Positions 15,499 through 23,337 of a stretch of DNA of 32,000 bases are shown here, in pieces. The notes below the pieces were generated by a model. The model was not told where the DNA came from, ran no database searches, and was given only the letters and a program-made list of their open reading frames with translations. Source of the stretch: Idiomarina loihiensis L2TR (lineage in GTDB: Bacteria; Pseudomonadota; Gammaproteobacteria; Enterobacterales; Alteromonadaceae); assembly GCF_000008465.1 (NCBI RefSeq), contig NC_006512.1:690001-722000 (forward strand). The letters run 5' to 3'. A program made the translations under genes and the position numbers. Each line of letters begins with the position of its first letter. Position 1 is the first letter of the stretch.

Positions 15499-16716
15499 TT
15501 GGATTTGAACCAATTTCTTAGTGCAAATAACATTTCCCAAGAGGATTGGGATAAGTCCAGACTGGATAAAGAGCTTTTGCTTGACATAGAAAAGGATTAC
15601 AAAGCTTACAAAGGTGAATTACATCGGGCAGCCAAATTTCTAGCGGAAACATTACAACCCTGCGAGCAAGTTCATTCAGTTCGTTGGCGAGTAAAAGAGC
15701 CATCTCATGTACTGGAAAAAATAGTTAGGAAAAGAGCTCAAGGATCTGAGAAATACGAAAAGATCAATGTAGATAACTATAAGGAGTTAATCACTGATTT
15801 AGTTGGTGTAAGAGTACTGCACCTTTTTAAAAGTGACTGGAGAGGAATTCACCAGTTTATTACCGATAAGTGGAAGCCACAGGAGCAGGTAATAGCTTAT
15901 ACCCGCAAAGGAGATCAAGACTCATCAAACGAAAATTATAGCAAGAATGGAATAAAGGTCGAGGTCCATGAACATGGCTATCGTTCCATTCATTACATTA
16001 TCGCAACGGCGCCAACAAACAACCAAATATTATCAGAGATACAAGTTAGAACGATTTTCGAGGAGGGCTGGAGCGAAATAGATCACAAAATACGGTATCC
16101 TAACTTTTCAGATAATGAGCTCGTAGCCTATTTTTTGACTATATTCAATCGACTTTCAGGCAGCGCTGACGAGATGGGGGGCTTTGTACGTGACTTAGCA
16201 AAACAAATATCCGTAAATGAATCAAAGTTTAACGAAGCTGAACAGAAAAAACAGGAGCATTTGGCTAAGATTGAAGAGCTAGCTGAAAAGCTAAGCAAAG
16301 AACAGCAAGAGAAACAAGATAAAAGTAATAGCGTCGCCAACCTTCAACGAGAAATACGAGAATTGAGGGAGTCATCGATCCCACTGCTAACTACAAGTAA
16401 TATATTAAATGCACATGCCGGTGTCGATATACTGAGTCCTGATCAAATACAAGCAGCCGCTTCAGCGGTAAAACTAGGAGCTGAGCCATTAGGCGAAATG
16501 GACTTAGCATCAGTGATGTCTGCGAATCATTACATACACGAAACAGTGACAAACACCCCTTTGCCCGATGGCTTAAATCAACTGGCAGATAATCACCAAT
16601 CTTTTATTAATAGTGTTATATCTGGCGCCTTGCCCTCTGATAACCTGATTATAAGTGCCCCTGAAGTTTCGCAGAGTAAAGATAGTGATGACGGTAAAAC
16701 AAACAATAACGACTAA
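15499..16716 (+). CDS. Stand-alone RelA/SpoT-homologue synthetase-domain protein (small alarmone synthetase / toxSAS-like) with a coiled-coil and low-complexity C-terminal half
   Basis: Synthetase-fold motifs are present: WRVKEPSHVLEKI, DLVGVRVLHLF, GYRSIHYII, EIQVRTIFEEGWSEIDHKIRY. There are no HD, TGS or ACT regions. The TTG start has AGGAGA 6 nt upstream, and an in-frame stop at 15472 excludes a longer N-terminus. Confidence 0.85.
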   Translation: MDLNQFLSANNISQEDWDKSRLDKELLLDIEKDYKAYKGELHRAAKFLAETLQPCEQVHSVRWRVKEPSHVLEKIVRKRAQGSEKYEKINVDNYKELITDLVGVRVLHLFKSDWRGIHQFITDKWKPQEQVIAYTRKGDQDSSNENYSKNGIKVEVHEHGYRSIHYIIATAPTNNQILSEIQVRTIFEEGWSEIDHKIRYPNFSDNELVAYFLTIFNRLSGSADEMGGFVRDLAKQISVNESKFNEAEQKKQEHLAKIEELAEKLSKEQQEKQDKSNSVANLQREIRELRESSIPLLTTSNILNAHAGVDILSPDQIQAAASAVKLGAEPLGEMDLASVMSANHYIHETVTNTPLPDGLNQLADNHQSFINSVISGALPSDNLIISAPEVSQSKDSDDGKTNNND

Positions 16717-16888
16717 TAGAAGGTTGGCATTCGATGCTTTATCTACTAGACTCCGAACGCAAAAGGTTCGCAGAAGATTCGACATTATATTTGAAGAGCA
16801 AGTCTATTCAGTCCTGAACTGGTCGGACCTCTGCAAAGGTTAATTTTGTTATACTCAGGTGTGCGATAGACCATATTGAGGAGGTCAT

Positions 16889-17068
16889 ATGTCAACAGCA
16901 TCATTTGATAGAAGTTTTGATATTCAAGACTCAAAATCAGCTGTTCGCCTAAATGAAGACCTACAATCACCTCGTTCTGTAAAAGTGGCTAAAAGAGATT
17001 ATGCCAACGACGACAATAAAGGTGTTTTGTTATTAAAACAACGCTTCTCAGGCTCACAGCAGCGTTAG
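16889..17068 (+). CDS. Unannotated 59-aa ORF, putative antitoxin partner of the downstream GNAT
   Basis: Under 60 aa, so absent from the ORF track. Strong SD (GAGGAGG) 5 nt upstream of the ATG. It ends 20 nt before the GNAT start. Translation: MSTASFDRSFDIQDSKSAVRLNEDLQSPRSVKVAKRDYANDDNKGVLLLKQRFSGSQQR. Confidence 0.5.
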   Translation: MSTASFDRSFDIQDSKSAVRLNEDLQSPRSVKVAKRDYANDDNKGVLLLKQRFSGSQQR

Positions 17069-17088
17069 AACAGTTTCCGGAGGAAAGC

Positions 17089-17601
17089 TTGAATCAGCTT
17101 TTCTCCGATTTTAGCTGCCCCCCGCAACATGACGTTAAAAGATTTTTAACTAATTCAGCAATTAGATTTGAACGTGAAGATAAAGCAAGATCGTACTTAA
17201 TTCTTGATGACGATAATGGCGATTTACTTGGTTACTTCTCTATCACGTTTAAAGAAATAACCTACCCTTCTGAAGCTGTTTCAAATACAGCAAACAAACG
17301 ATTGGGTGCGGTTACCGACGCTGAGGTTGACGACAAAGTCAGAGTCAGAGCATACCTAATCGGTCAATTGGCTAAAAACAAAGCTATAGAGGGCAATCAG
17401 ATAAACCTAGAGATAATACTGTCTGAAATTTACGGTGTTATTAATGAGGCGCGTGAACTTATAGGTGGAAGAGCTGTAATATTAGAGTGCGCGCAGGACG
17501 ATAACCTAGTTGCTCTCTATGAGAGACATGGTTTCAAAAAAATAGAGATGCCACCTAACCATAACGGCGACATAACAATGTATATTGTAATTAGAGATTA
17601 G
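17089..17601 (+). CDS. GNAT-family N-acetyltransferase, TacT/AtaT-like toxin architecture
   Basis: The N-terminal F-x-C...V..FL...A...........ARSYLIL pattern and the C-terminal acetyl-CoA region (RAVILECAQDDNLVALYERHGFKKI) resemble tRNA-acetylating GNAT toxins. TTG start with GGAGGA upstream. Confidence 0.7.
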   Translation: MNQLFSDFSCPPQHDVKRFLTNSAIRFEREDKARSYLILDDDNGDLLGYFSITFKEITYPSEAVSNTANKRLGAVTDAEVDDKVRVRAYLIGQLAKNKAIEGNQINLEIILSEIYGVINEARELIGGRAVILECAQDDNLVALYERHGFKKIEMPPNHNGDITMYIVIRD

Positions 17602-17634
17602 AGCACCGTCTCGTAGTGTGACTTTTCCCAACGT

Positions 17635-18945
17635 TCATTCCGTTTCCCTTTGTTCATTTACGAAATCCCCCCACCACTCCATCATCTCAACCCGTTCATC
17701 CCAGTACTCCGCCTTGTGTGAATAAGCGTCCTTCACTTTGTTCTGCTCAACGTGTGCTAATTGACGCTCTATAGCATCAGACCTGAACTTTTGGTCACTC
17801 TCATGCAGCGTTGATGAAGCCATAGTTCTAAAACCATGTGGTACAGCCTTCTCTTTTAAACGACCATCCGGGTAATGTGCATTATCCTGATACTTGAGGT
17901 AGGTTTTAGCGATCTTACCGTCTTTCGTATCTTTCGCCTTAGGAAAGTAGCCCATTTTGAACATGGCCTGCCGCATCGTATTGTCTGACATAGGCTCATC
18001 GGGCTTAGTTTCAGACGGAAATAGCAACTCATAGTGGCCGGTAATGCGTTTGATGCGTTTAATGACATCAAGAGCTTTCGCTGATAACGGCACCTCATGT
18101 GGCCGCTTCATCTTCATACGCTCTGCAGGAATCGACCAAACCTTGTTATCAAGATCAAACTCCTCCCAACGAGCGCCTCTAAGCTCCCCTGAACGCACAA
18201 ACGTTAGAATCAGTAACTCAATAGCCAGAGCCGTCAATTCCCTGCCCGTCTGCGTATAGTTAGCTAGATCCTGCATGAAAAATGGCAGGTTCTTGATATC
18301 CAGAGCTTCACGGTGGACAACCGGTTTGGAAATTACTTTGACTGGGCGCAGCAAACGAATGTCGACATCGTCTTCCAGTGAATATTGATCGACGACGTAT
18401 TCAAATAAACGCTGTGTATCGTCCGCTATGCGTTTGGCAGTCTCATGGTGACCCTTCGCCTCAACATTCTCAATTAAGCGCCTGACATCTTCTTTACGGA
18501 CGTCAGTGATCAACTTATCACCTAATTTTTTAAGGATGCCATTTTCAAGACGCTTCCATACCCTCGCCTTATGATCTTCAGACCAAACTCGGGCCGTTGC
18601 CTGGGATTGGTACTCAAGCCATTTAGCGGCATAAAAACGTAAACTATTATCATTCGTATTTGTTGATTTTGTATCACCAGGATCGACACCATCAGCCAAC
18701 ATTGCCTTGGCTTTGATAGTCGCATCTTTTGCTTGCTTGAGAGTTACATTGGGGAATACACCAAGCGCCAGCGTTTTTTGCTTCTTATTGAAGCGATATT
18801 TCAAACGCCAATATTTACCGCCCTGCTTCCTTACAAGAAGCCGTAAACCGGTGCCACCGGCTACCCGGTACCATTCATCACGGTCTGAGGGTTTAAGGTG
18901 TTCTACGTGCTTATGCGTTGCTATGATTAGCTTGTCATCAGACAT
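17635..18945 (-). CDS. int: Tyrosine integrase, P4/CP4-57 type (DUF4102 N-terminal arm-binding domain)
   Basis: N-terminus GGKYWRLKYRFNKKQKTLALGVFPNVTLKQAKDATIKAKAMLADGVDP. Catalytic region: RSGELRGARW, HGFRTMASS, LAH and the C-terminal Tyr in DAYSH. It lies 161 nt from the tRNA-Leu 3' end. Confidence 0.92.
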   Translation of the reverse strand: MSDDKLIIATHKHVEHLKPSDRDEWYRVAGGTGLRLLVRKQGGKYWRLKYRFNKKQKTLALGVFPNVTLKQAKDATIKAKAMLADGVDPGDTKSTNTNDNSLRFYAAKWLEYQSQATARVWSEDHKARVWKRLENGILKKLGDKLITDVRKEDVRRLIENVEAKGHHETAKRIADDTQRLFEYVVDQYSLEDDVDIRLLRPVKVISKPVVHREALDIKNLPFFMQDLANYTQTGRELTALAIELLILTFVRSGELRGARWEEFDLDNKVWSIPAERMKMKRPHEVPLSAKALDVIKRIKRITGHYELLFPSETKPDEPMSDNTMRQAMFKMGYFPKAKDTKDGKIAKTYLKYQDNAHYPDGRLKEKAVPHGFRTMASSTLHESDQKFRSDAIERQLAHVEQNKVKDAYSHKAEYWDERVEMMEWWGDFVNEQRETE

Positions 18946-19106
18946 GGTGCTACATCCGTATAACCGAATTGAGATAGCACCAAAAGTAGCACCACTTAGT
19001 ATCGATTTGCAACGATTTAATGTAGACAGAAGGAATCAGGGTTTGCCTTGAAAGCCAGTAAAATCAATGGCTCGCGGCATTTAATAGACTTTGAAATAAT
19101 CGGAAT

Positions 19107-19193
19107 TGGTGCCCGGGGCCGGACTTGAACCGGCACGAAGTTACCTTCGAGGGATTTTAAATCCCTTGTGTCTACCAATTCCACCACCCGGGC
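19107..19193 (-). tRNA. leuZ: tRNA-Leu (anticodon UAA)
   Basis: The reverse complement folds as a cloverleaf: acceptor GCCCGGG/CCCGGGC + A + CCA, anticodon loop TTTAAAA, long variable arm, TPsiC GGTTCAAGTCC. Confidence 0.93.
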
Positions 19194-19218
19194 ACTACAT
19201 AGAAGTGTTCTCGAATAA

Positions 19219-19292
19219 TGGAGGCGGGTCCCGGAGTCGAACCGAGATCCACGGATTTGCAATCCGCTGCATAGCCATTCTGCCAACCCGCC
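19219..19292 (-). tRNA. cysT: tRNA-Cys (anticodon GCA)
   Basis: Acceptor GGCGGGT/ACCCGCC + U73 + CCA, anticodon loop TTGCAAA, TPsiC GGTTCGACTCC. Confidence 0.93.
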
Positions 19293-19298
19293 AGAATT

Positions 19299-19374
19299 TG
19301 GAGCGGGAAACGAGATTCGAACTCGCGACCCCAACCTTGGCAAGGTTGTGCTCTACCAGCTGAGCTATTCCCGC
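19299..19374 (-). tRNA. glyW: tRNA-Gly (anticodon GCC)
   Basis: Acceptor GCGGGAA/TTCCCGC + U73 + CCA, D-loop AGCTCAGCTGGTAGAGC, anticodon loop TTGCCAA. Confidence 0.93.
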
Positions 19375-19470
19375 ACCGTCATCTGCCGTGGCATTCTACT
19401 GTTTAATCGTTTTCAGTCAATGACTTTTTATCATTTTAATGACTGTTTGCACAAATTTACGGCAAAGCAG

Positions 19471-20019
19471 TTAATTTCTGGTCAATTCACTCTTGGCGCC
19501 GCGTAAATATTCCCACATGGACCACACAGTCAAAACGAAAGCCGAATAGAACAAGAACATCGATAACCAATAAATATAGACGTTCGCATTCCAAAGTAGT
19601 CCAATTAAGGCCAGCATCTGTGCCACAGTTTTCCATTTACCTAAGTTCGAAACAGCAACTTTTGCTCTGTGGCCGCTTTGCGCCATCCATTCCCGTAGTG
19701 CACTTACTATAAGCTCACGACAAATCATCGTCAGCGCCGGAATGGTAATAAAGGCAGAATTATAATCTTCAACAATGACAACCAGCGCAGCAACCACCAT
19801 CGCTTTATCAGCTACCGGGTCAAGAAACTCGCCAAACTTAGTAAACTGGTTAAAGCGACGGGCAATATAGCCATCCAGAGCATCTGTGATTGCCGCTAAC
19901 CAAAAGATAAAAGCAGCCCAGAAACGCGCATCTTCCATTGGTAAATAGAAAACCACCAGAAATACCGGAATAAGTACTATCCGGAAGCTGGTCAAAATAT
20001 TAGGGATATTCCACTTCAT
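19471..20019 (-). CDS. pgsA: CDP-diacylglycerol--glycerol-3-phosphate 3-phosphatidyltransferase
   Basis: CDP-alcohol phosphotransferase motif (DALDGYIARR...G...DPVADK). 182 aa. Conserved position between uvrC and the tRNA cluster. Confidence 0.92.
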   Translation of the reverse strand: MKWNIPNILTSFRIVLIPVFLVVFYLPMEDARFWAAFIFWLAAITDALDGYIARRFNQFTKFGEFLDPVADKAMVVAALVVIVEDYNSAFITIPALTMICRELIVSALREWMAQSGHRAKVAVSNLGKWKTVAQMLALIGLLWNANVYIYWLSMFLFYSAFVLTVWSMWEYLRGAKSELTRN

Positions 20020-20042
20020 TATCCGCTGATTCCTTATTGTTT

Positions 20043-21881
20043 TTACTCATCACGAAATGAGTAATAGATTTTCTCTGCCAATGATCGGCTAATGCCAGGT
20101 ACGCTGGCTAATTTATCAATACTAGCGTTTTTTACCTCTTGTAATCCACCTAGATTTTTCAAAATGGCCTGTCTGCGCTTCGCTCCTACCCCGTCAATCT
20201 GTTCTAACGTCGAGGTTTTCTTAACTTTAGCCCGCTTCTGGCGGTGACCGGTTATTGCAAAACGATGTGACTCATCACGTATGTGCTGAATCAAATGCAG
20301 CGCACTGGCGTCTTTACTCAGCGGAATGGTTTCATGGCTACCGGCCATGATCAAAGTTTCCAGACCCGGTTTGCGCGACTCGCCTTTCGCCACGCCAATT
20401 AATACCGGCGCTTCTTTTCCCCAGTCATTAAAGTAGTTCTCCGCCTGAGCTAACTGTCCTTTACCACCGTCGATAAACAGAATATCCGGTATGTTGCCCT
20501 GCTCTTTCGCATTGTCGTACCGCTTAGCCAGGGCTTTAGACATGGCAGCGTAATCATCGCCCGGCGTTATGCCGGTAATATTATAGCGGCGGTAGTCTGA
20601 CTTTTTAGGCCCGTTTTGATCAAACACAACACAGGAAGCCACCGTTTGTTGACCCATAGTGTGGCTAATATCAAAACATTCCATGCGCTGAATGGGTACA
20701 CCAAATTCCAGCACCTGCTGTAATGCCTGAGTCCGGCGGTTCATCGTACTTTGCTGATTCAACCGACTCTCTAGCGCATTAACCGCATTCTTTTGAGCCA
20801 GTGACTGGTACTGACGCTTATCTCCACGTACCGAGCTTTGCAATTTAACCGGCTGCGACAGCGCATCACTCATCACTTCCGCTAAAACATTGTCAGGCTG
20901 TACATCGACGGGAAGCACGACTTCTCGTGGAATTTTCCGTCCAGCCGTATCTGACAAATAAAACTGCAGAAGAAAAGCCCTGAGTACTTCATCGTCAGGG
21001 GTATCTGTCGGCACTTTAGGAAAATAGCTGCGACTGCCTTGCAAATGATTATCCCGGATAAACAACATTTGCACTGTCGTCATTCCGTTACCACGTGCTA
21101 AACCAATAACATCCAGTTCTTGTTGGCTTCCGGTAACCGAGTTACGTTCCTGAGTTTTTCGTAGCGCAGCTATCTGGTCACGAAATCTAGCGGCTCGTTC
21201 AAAATCGAGATCTGTACTCGCCTGCTCCATTTTATTCATCAGCTCGTCAATAACCTGCTGATTCTTGCCCTGCAGGAACTGTTTTGCCAGCGCCACCTGT
21301 TCATTGTATTCGTCGTCAGTGCAAACATTAACGCAGGGCGCGAGGCAACGTTTTAACTGATACTGCAAACAAGGCCTGGTGCGCGCACGATAATAAGAGT
21401 CATCGCACTGTCGAATTGGAAACAGTTTCTGCAGCAGGTTTAGGCTTTCACGTACAGCCGAGCCATTAGGAAAGGGACCAAAATAGTCACCTTTCGCGCG
21501 CCGGGCGCCCCGGTGAAAACCAAGCTTAGGGTGCTGGTGGGAGGTTAAAATAATATAAGGATACGATTTATCGTCACGCAACAAGACATTGTAGCGTGGC
21601 CGATATTTTTTGATAAAAGAGTTCTCTAATATTAACGCTTCAGCTTCGGTGTTGGTAACGGTAACGTCCATGGACGCAATTTGTTTAACCAACACCTGTG
21701 TTTTCATCCGGTCGACCTTCTCACGAAAGTAACTGGACACACGTTTTCTTAGATCCTTTGCTTTTCCGACATAAATCACGTCACCCGACTCATCGTACAT
21801 CCGGTAAACGCCGGGCTGATGAGTCAGGTGACGAAGAAAGCTGTCGCTGTCAAACTGCTTTTGTTGATTACCTTCTGTCAT
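20043..21881 (-). CDS. uvrC: Excinuclease ABC subunit C
   Basis: GIY-YIG N-terminus (GVYRMYDESGDVIYVGKAKDLRKRV), UVR domain and C-terminal (HhH)2. 612 aa. Confidence 0.95.
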   Translation of the reverse strand: MTEGNQQKQFDSDSFLRHLTHQPGVYRMYDESGDVIYVGKAKDLRKRVSSYFREKVDRMKTQVLVKQIASMDVTVTNTEAEALILENSFIKKYRPRYNVLLRDDKSYPYIILTSHQHPKLGFHRGARRAKGDYFGPFPNGSAVRESLNLLQKLFPIRQCDDSYYRARTRPCLQYQLKRCLAPCVNVCTDDEYNEQVALAKQFLQGKNQQVIDELMNKMEQASTDLDFERAARFRDQIAALRKTQERNSVTGSQQELDVIGLARGNGMTTVQMLFIRDNHLQGSRSYFPKVPTDTPDDEVLRAFLLQFYLSDTAGRKIPREVVLPVDVQPDNVLAEVMSDALSQPVKLQSSVRGDKRQYQSLAQKNAVNALESRLNQQSTMNRRTQALQQVLEFGVPIQRMECFDISHTMGQQTVASCVVFDQNGPKKSDYRRYNITGITPGDDYAAMSKALAKRYDNAKEQGNIPDILFIDGGKGQLAQAENYFNDWGKEAPVLIGVAKGESRKPGLETLIMAGSHETIPLSKDASALHLIQHIRDESHRFAITGHRQKRAKVKKTSTLEQIDGVGAKRRQAILKNLGGLQEVKNASIDKLASVPGISRSLAEKIYYSFRDE

Positions 21882-22534
21882 CTACCTTCAAACTGAATTA
21901 GGTCAACAAGACCTGACTGAATTGCAAGATGAGACAATTGTACATCACCATCGATACCGAGTTTAGAGAAAATCCGATAACGGAAGGTATTTATTGTTTT
22001 ACTGCTAATGCATAAATGCCGGGATATTTCTCGTACCCGAATGCCCCGACTGAGCATTTGTGCGACCTGAAGCTCGCGTTCACTCAGCATATCAACCATT
22101 GTTTTTTGCTGTTGCGAACGCGGATTCTGTGCAAGATAAGCGGCAACCGGCGCTGCGACAAAAACATTGCCCTGTTTCAACGAACGAATTGCCTGAACTA
22201 AGTCAGCACTGTCGCACGAGTCCAGTAAGTATCCGTCGACAACGCTAATACCGCACTGAAAATCAAGTATATCTTGTTGGCTGCTACCCCAGACAATAAG
22301 CTTTAGATCGCAGTGACGGCGCTTCAAACGACGCCAGTGTTCCACTGTTGCAGCACCACCAAGTCGGCTGCATAAAACAACTACTGCGTCTTCATACTCG
22401 TAGCAAGCTCGGCGTAAATCGGCAATACCGGTTACGGTCAATATTTGATCACTGAAGTGTTGCTGCAGAACAGAGGCCATGCCGGCGCTAATAATGGGGC
22501 TGGGGATCGCTAAAATAATACGGTTCATTTTCAC
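21878..22534 (-). CDS. uvrY: UvrY/GacA-position LuxR-family regulator with a degenerate (pseudo-)receiver domain
   Basis: It overlaps the uvrC start by 4 nt, as uvrY does. The C-terminal HTH is very UvrY-like (LSERELQ...KTINTFRYRIFSKLGIDGDVQLSHLAIQSGL). The receiver acidic pocket, phospho-Asp and Lys positions are not conserved. Confidence 0.75.
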   Translation of the reverse strand: MKMNRIILAIPSPIISAGMASVLQQHFSDQILTVTGIADLRRACYEYEDAVVVLCSRLGGAATVEHWRRLKRRHCDLKLIVWGSSQQDILDFQCGISVVDGYLLDSCDSADLVQAIRSLKQGNVFVAAPVAAYLAQNPRSQQQKTMVDMLSERELQVAQMLSRGIRVREISRHLCISSKTINTFRYRIFSKLGIDGDVQLSHLAIQSGLVDLIQFEGR

Positions 22535-22736
22535 ATTCCTTATTTGTATACCTTGTTAGTCTTCCTGATTAGGTTAAATCCGTACCACCCTGCCCGAATT
22601 CGGATAGAATATTCTGAGCTTTTAAAGACAATAACAAGCGGCTTTTACAGAACTTTACAAAAACTCTGAAAAAGCCAATTCAAAGGTGTGAAAATAACAT
22701 TTGAAGACTAGCTTCAATGTGAATTTTTATACTGGG

Positions 22737-23330
22737 CTACAGACGTGCCTGATCCAGCATGTCCCACAAATAGCAGGCTAAATAACTGCGGTAAGGCTGA
22801 GCCCGTTCGGGGATGATCAAAATATCCTGGTCTTTCAGCAGGCTCATGGCTTTACGCAGCGAGCTATCCTGAATGGGAAAAAGATCTTCATGGGCAAAAT
22901 GAAACATAGCTAAAATAGACGCCGTCCAGGGACCAATACCTTTAAGCTGAGTCACATCCTTAATCAGGTCAGCTGAATTCATCTGCGACCAGGCATCTAT
23001 TCTCTCAGGCTGAGTTTGATGACAGTGAGCAACGCTGTTAATAGCTGCAGCTTTGGAACGACTGACACCGCACCCTGTTAATTCCTCCGCAGGAATATAA
23101 GCAATGCGACCTACTCCTAATGCTTTTGCCTTTTGCTCTGCTCTTTCAATAATGGTTGCGGAGGCTTTTAAAGACAGCATTTGACGAATAATAATTCGTG
23201 GCAGTGCCTCGATAACGGGTGTTTCAGATGCCGCCAATAAGCCTCGCTCGGGCAACTGAAGCAGCAACAAGTCGATACCCGGCTGAGTATCGATAAGGTG
23301 TTGTCTGACGATTGCTGGTGTCGTTTTCAT
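22737..23330 (-). CDS. HhH-GPD superfamily DNA glycosylase (3-methyladenine glycosylase II-like)
   Basis: Helix-hairpin-helix LKGIGPWTASILAMF followed by FPIQDSSLRKAM (catalytic Asp context). I prefer the ATG at 23330 over the TTG at 23345. Confidence 0.75.
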   Translation of the reverse strand: MKTTPAIVRQHLIDTQPGIDLLLLQLPERGLLAASETPVIEALPRIIIRQMLSLKASATIIERAEQKAKALGVGRIAYIPAEELTGCGVSRSKAAAINSVAHCHQTQPERIDAWSQMNSADLIKDVTQLKGIGPWTASILAMFHFAHEDLFPIQDSSLRKAMSLLKDQDILIIPERAQPYRSYLACYLWDMLDQARL

Positions 23331-23337
23331 ACAATTA

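Larger units (their letters stand above)
1..19106. mobile_element. tRNA-Leu(UAA)-associated genomic/defence island (right boundary at the tRNA 3' end; left boundary beyond the window)
   Basis: An integrase lies adjacent to the tRNA 3' end. The cargo consists of AlpA regulators, an IS, R-M, TA and RadC genes, with mosaic GC. The core synteny uvrY-uvrC-pgsA-glyW-cysT-leuZ ends exactly here. Confidence 0.75.

Noticed and set aside
15499-16716. Housekeeping relA or spoT
   Set aside because: It is far too short at 405 aa (relA and spoT are about 700-750 aa). It lacks HD, TGS and ACT regions and lies in an AT-rich island, so it is a stand-alone SAS/toxSAS-like gene instead.
1-19106. Second att site (direct repeat of the tRNA-Leu 3' end) marking the left island boundary
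   Set aside because: Scanning by eye for ggacttgaacc / tggtgcccgg-type sequence found no second copy in the window. The boundary is presumably left of position 1.
19017-19363. Two ORFs (108 aa minus strand, 85 aa plus strand) across 19017-19363
   Set aside because: They run through three cloverleaf-folding tRNA genes (Leu, Cys, Gly), so they are artefacts of GC-rich structured RNA genes.
22606-22615. Perfect 10-bp palindrome agaatattct upstream of the uvrY-like gene
   Set aside because: A short AT-rich palindrome like this is expected by chance in an AT-rich intergenic region. There is no second copy or recognisable operator context.
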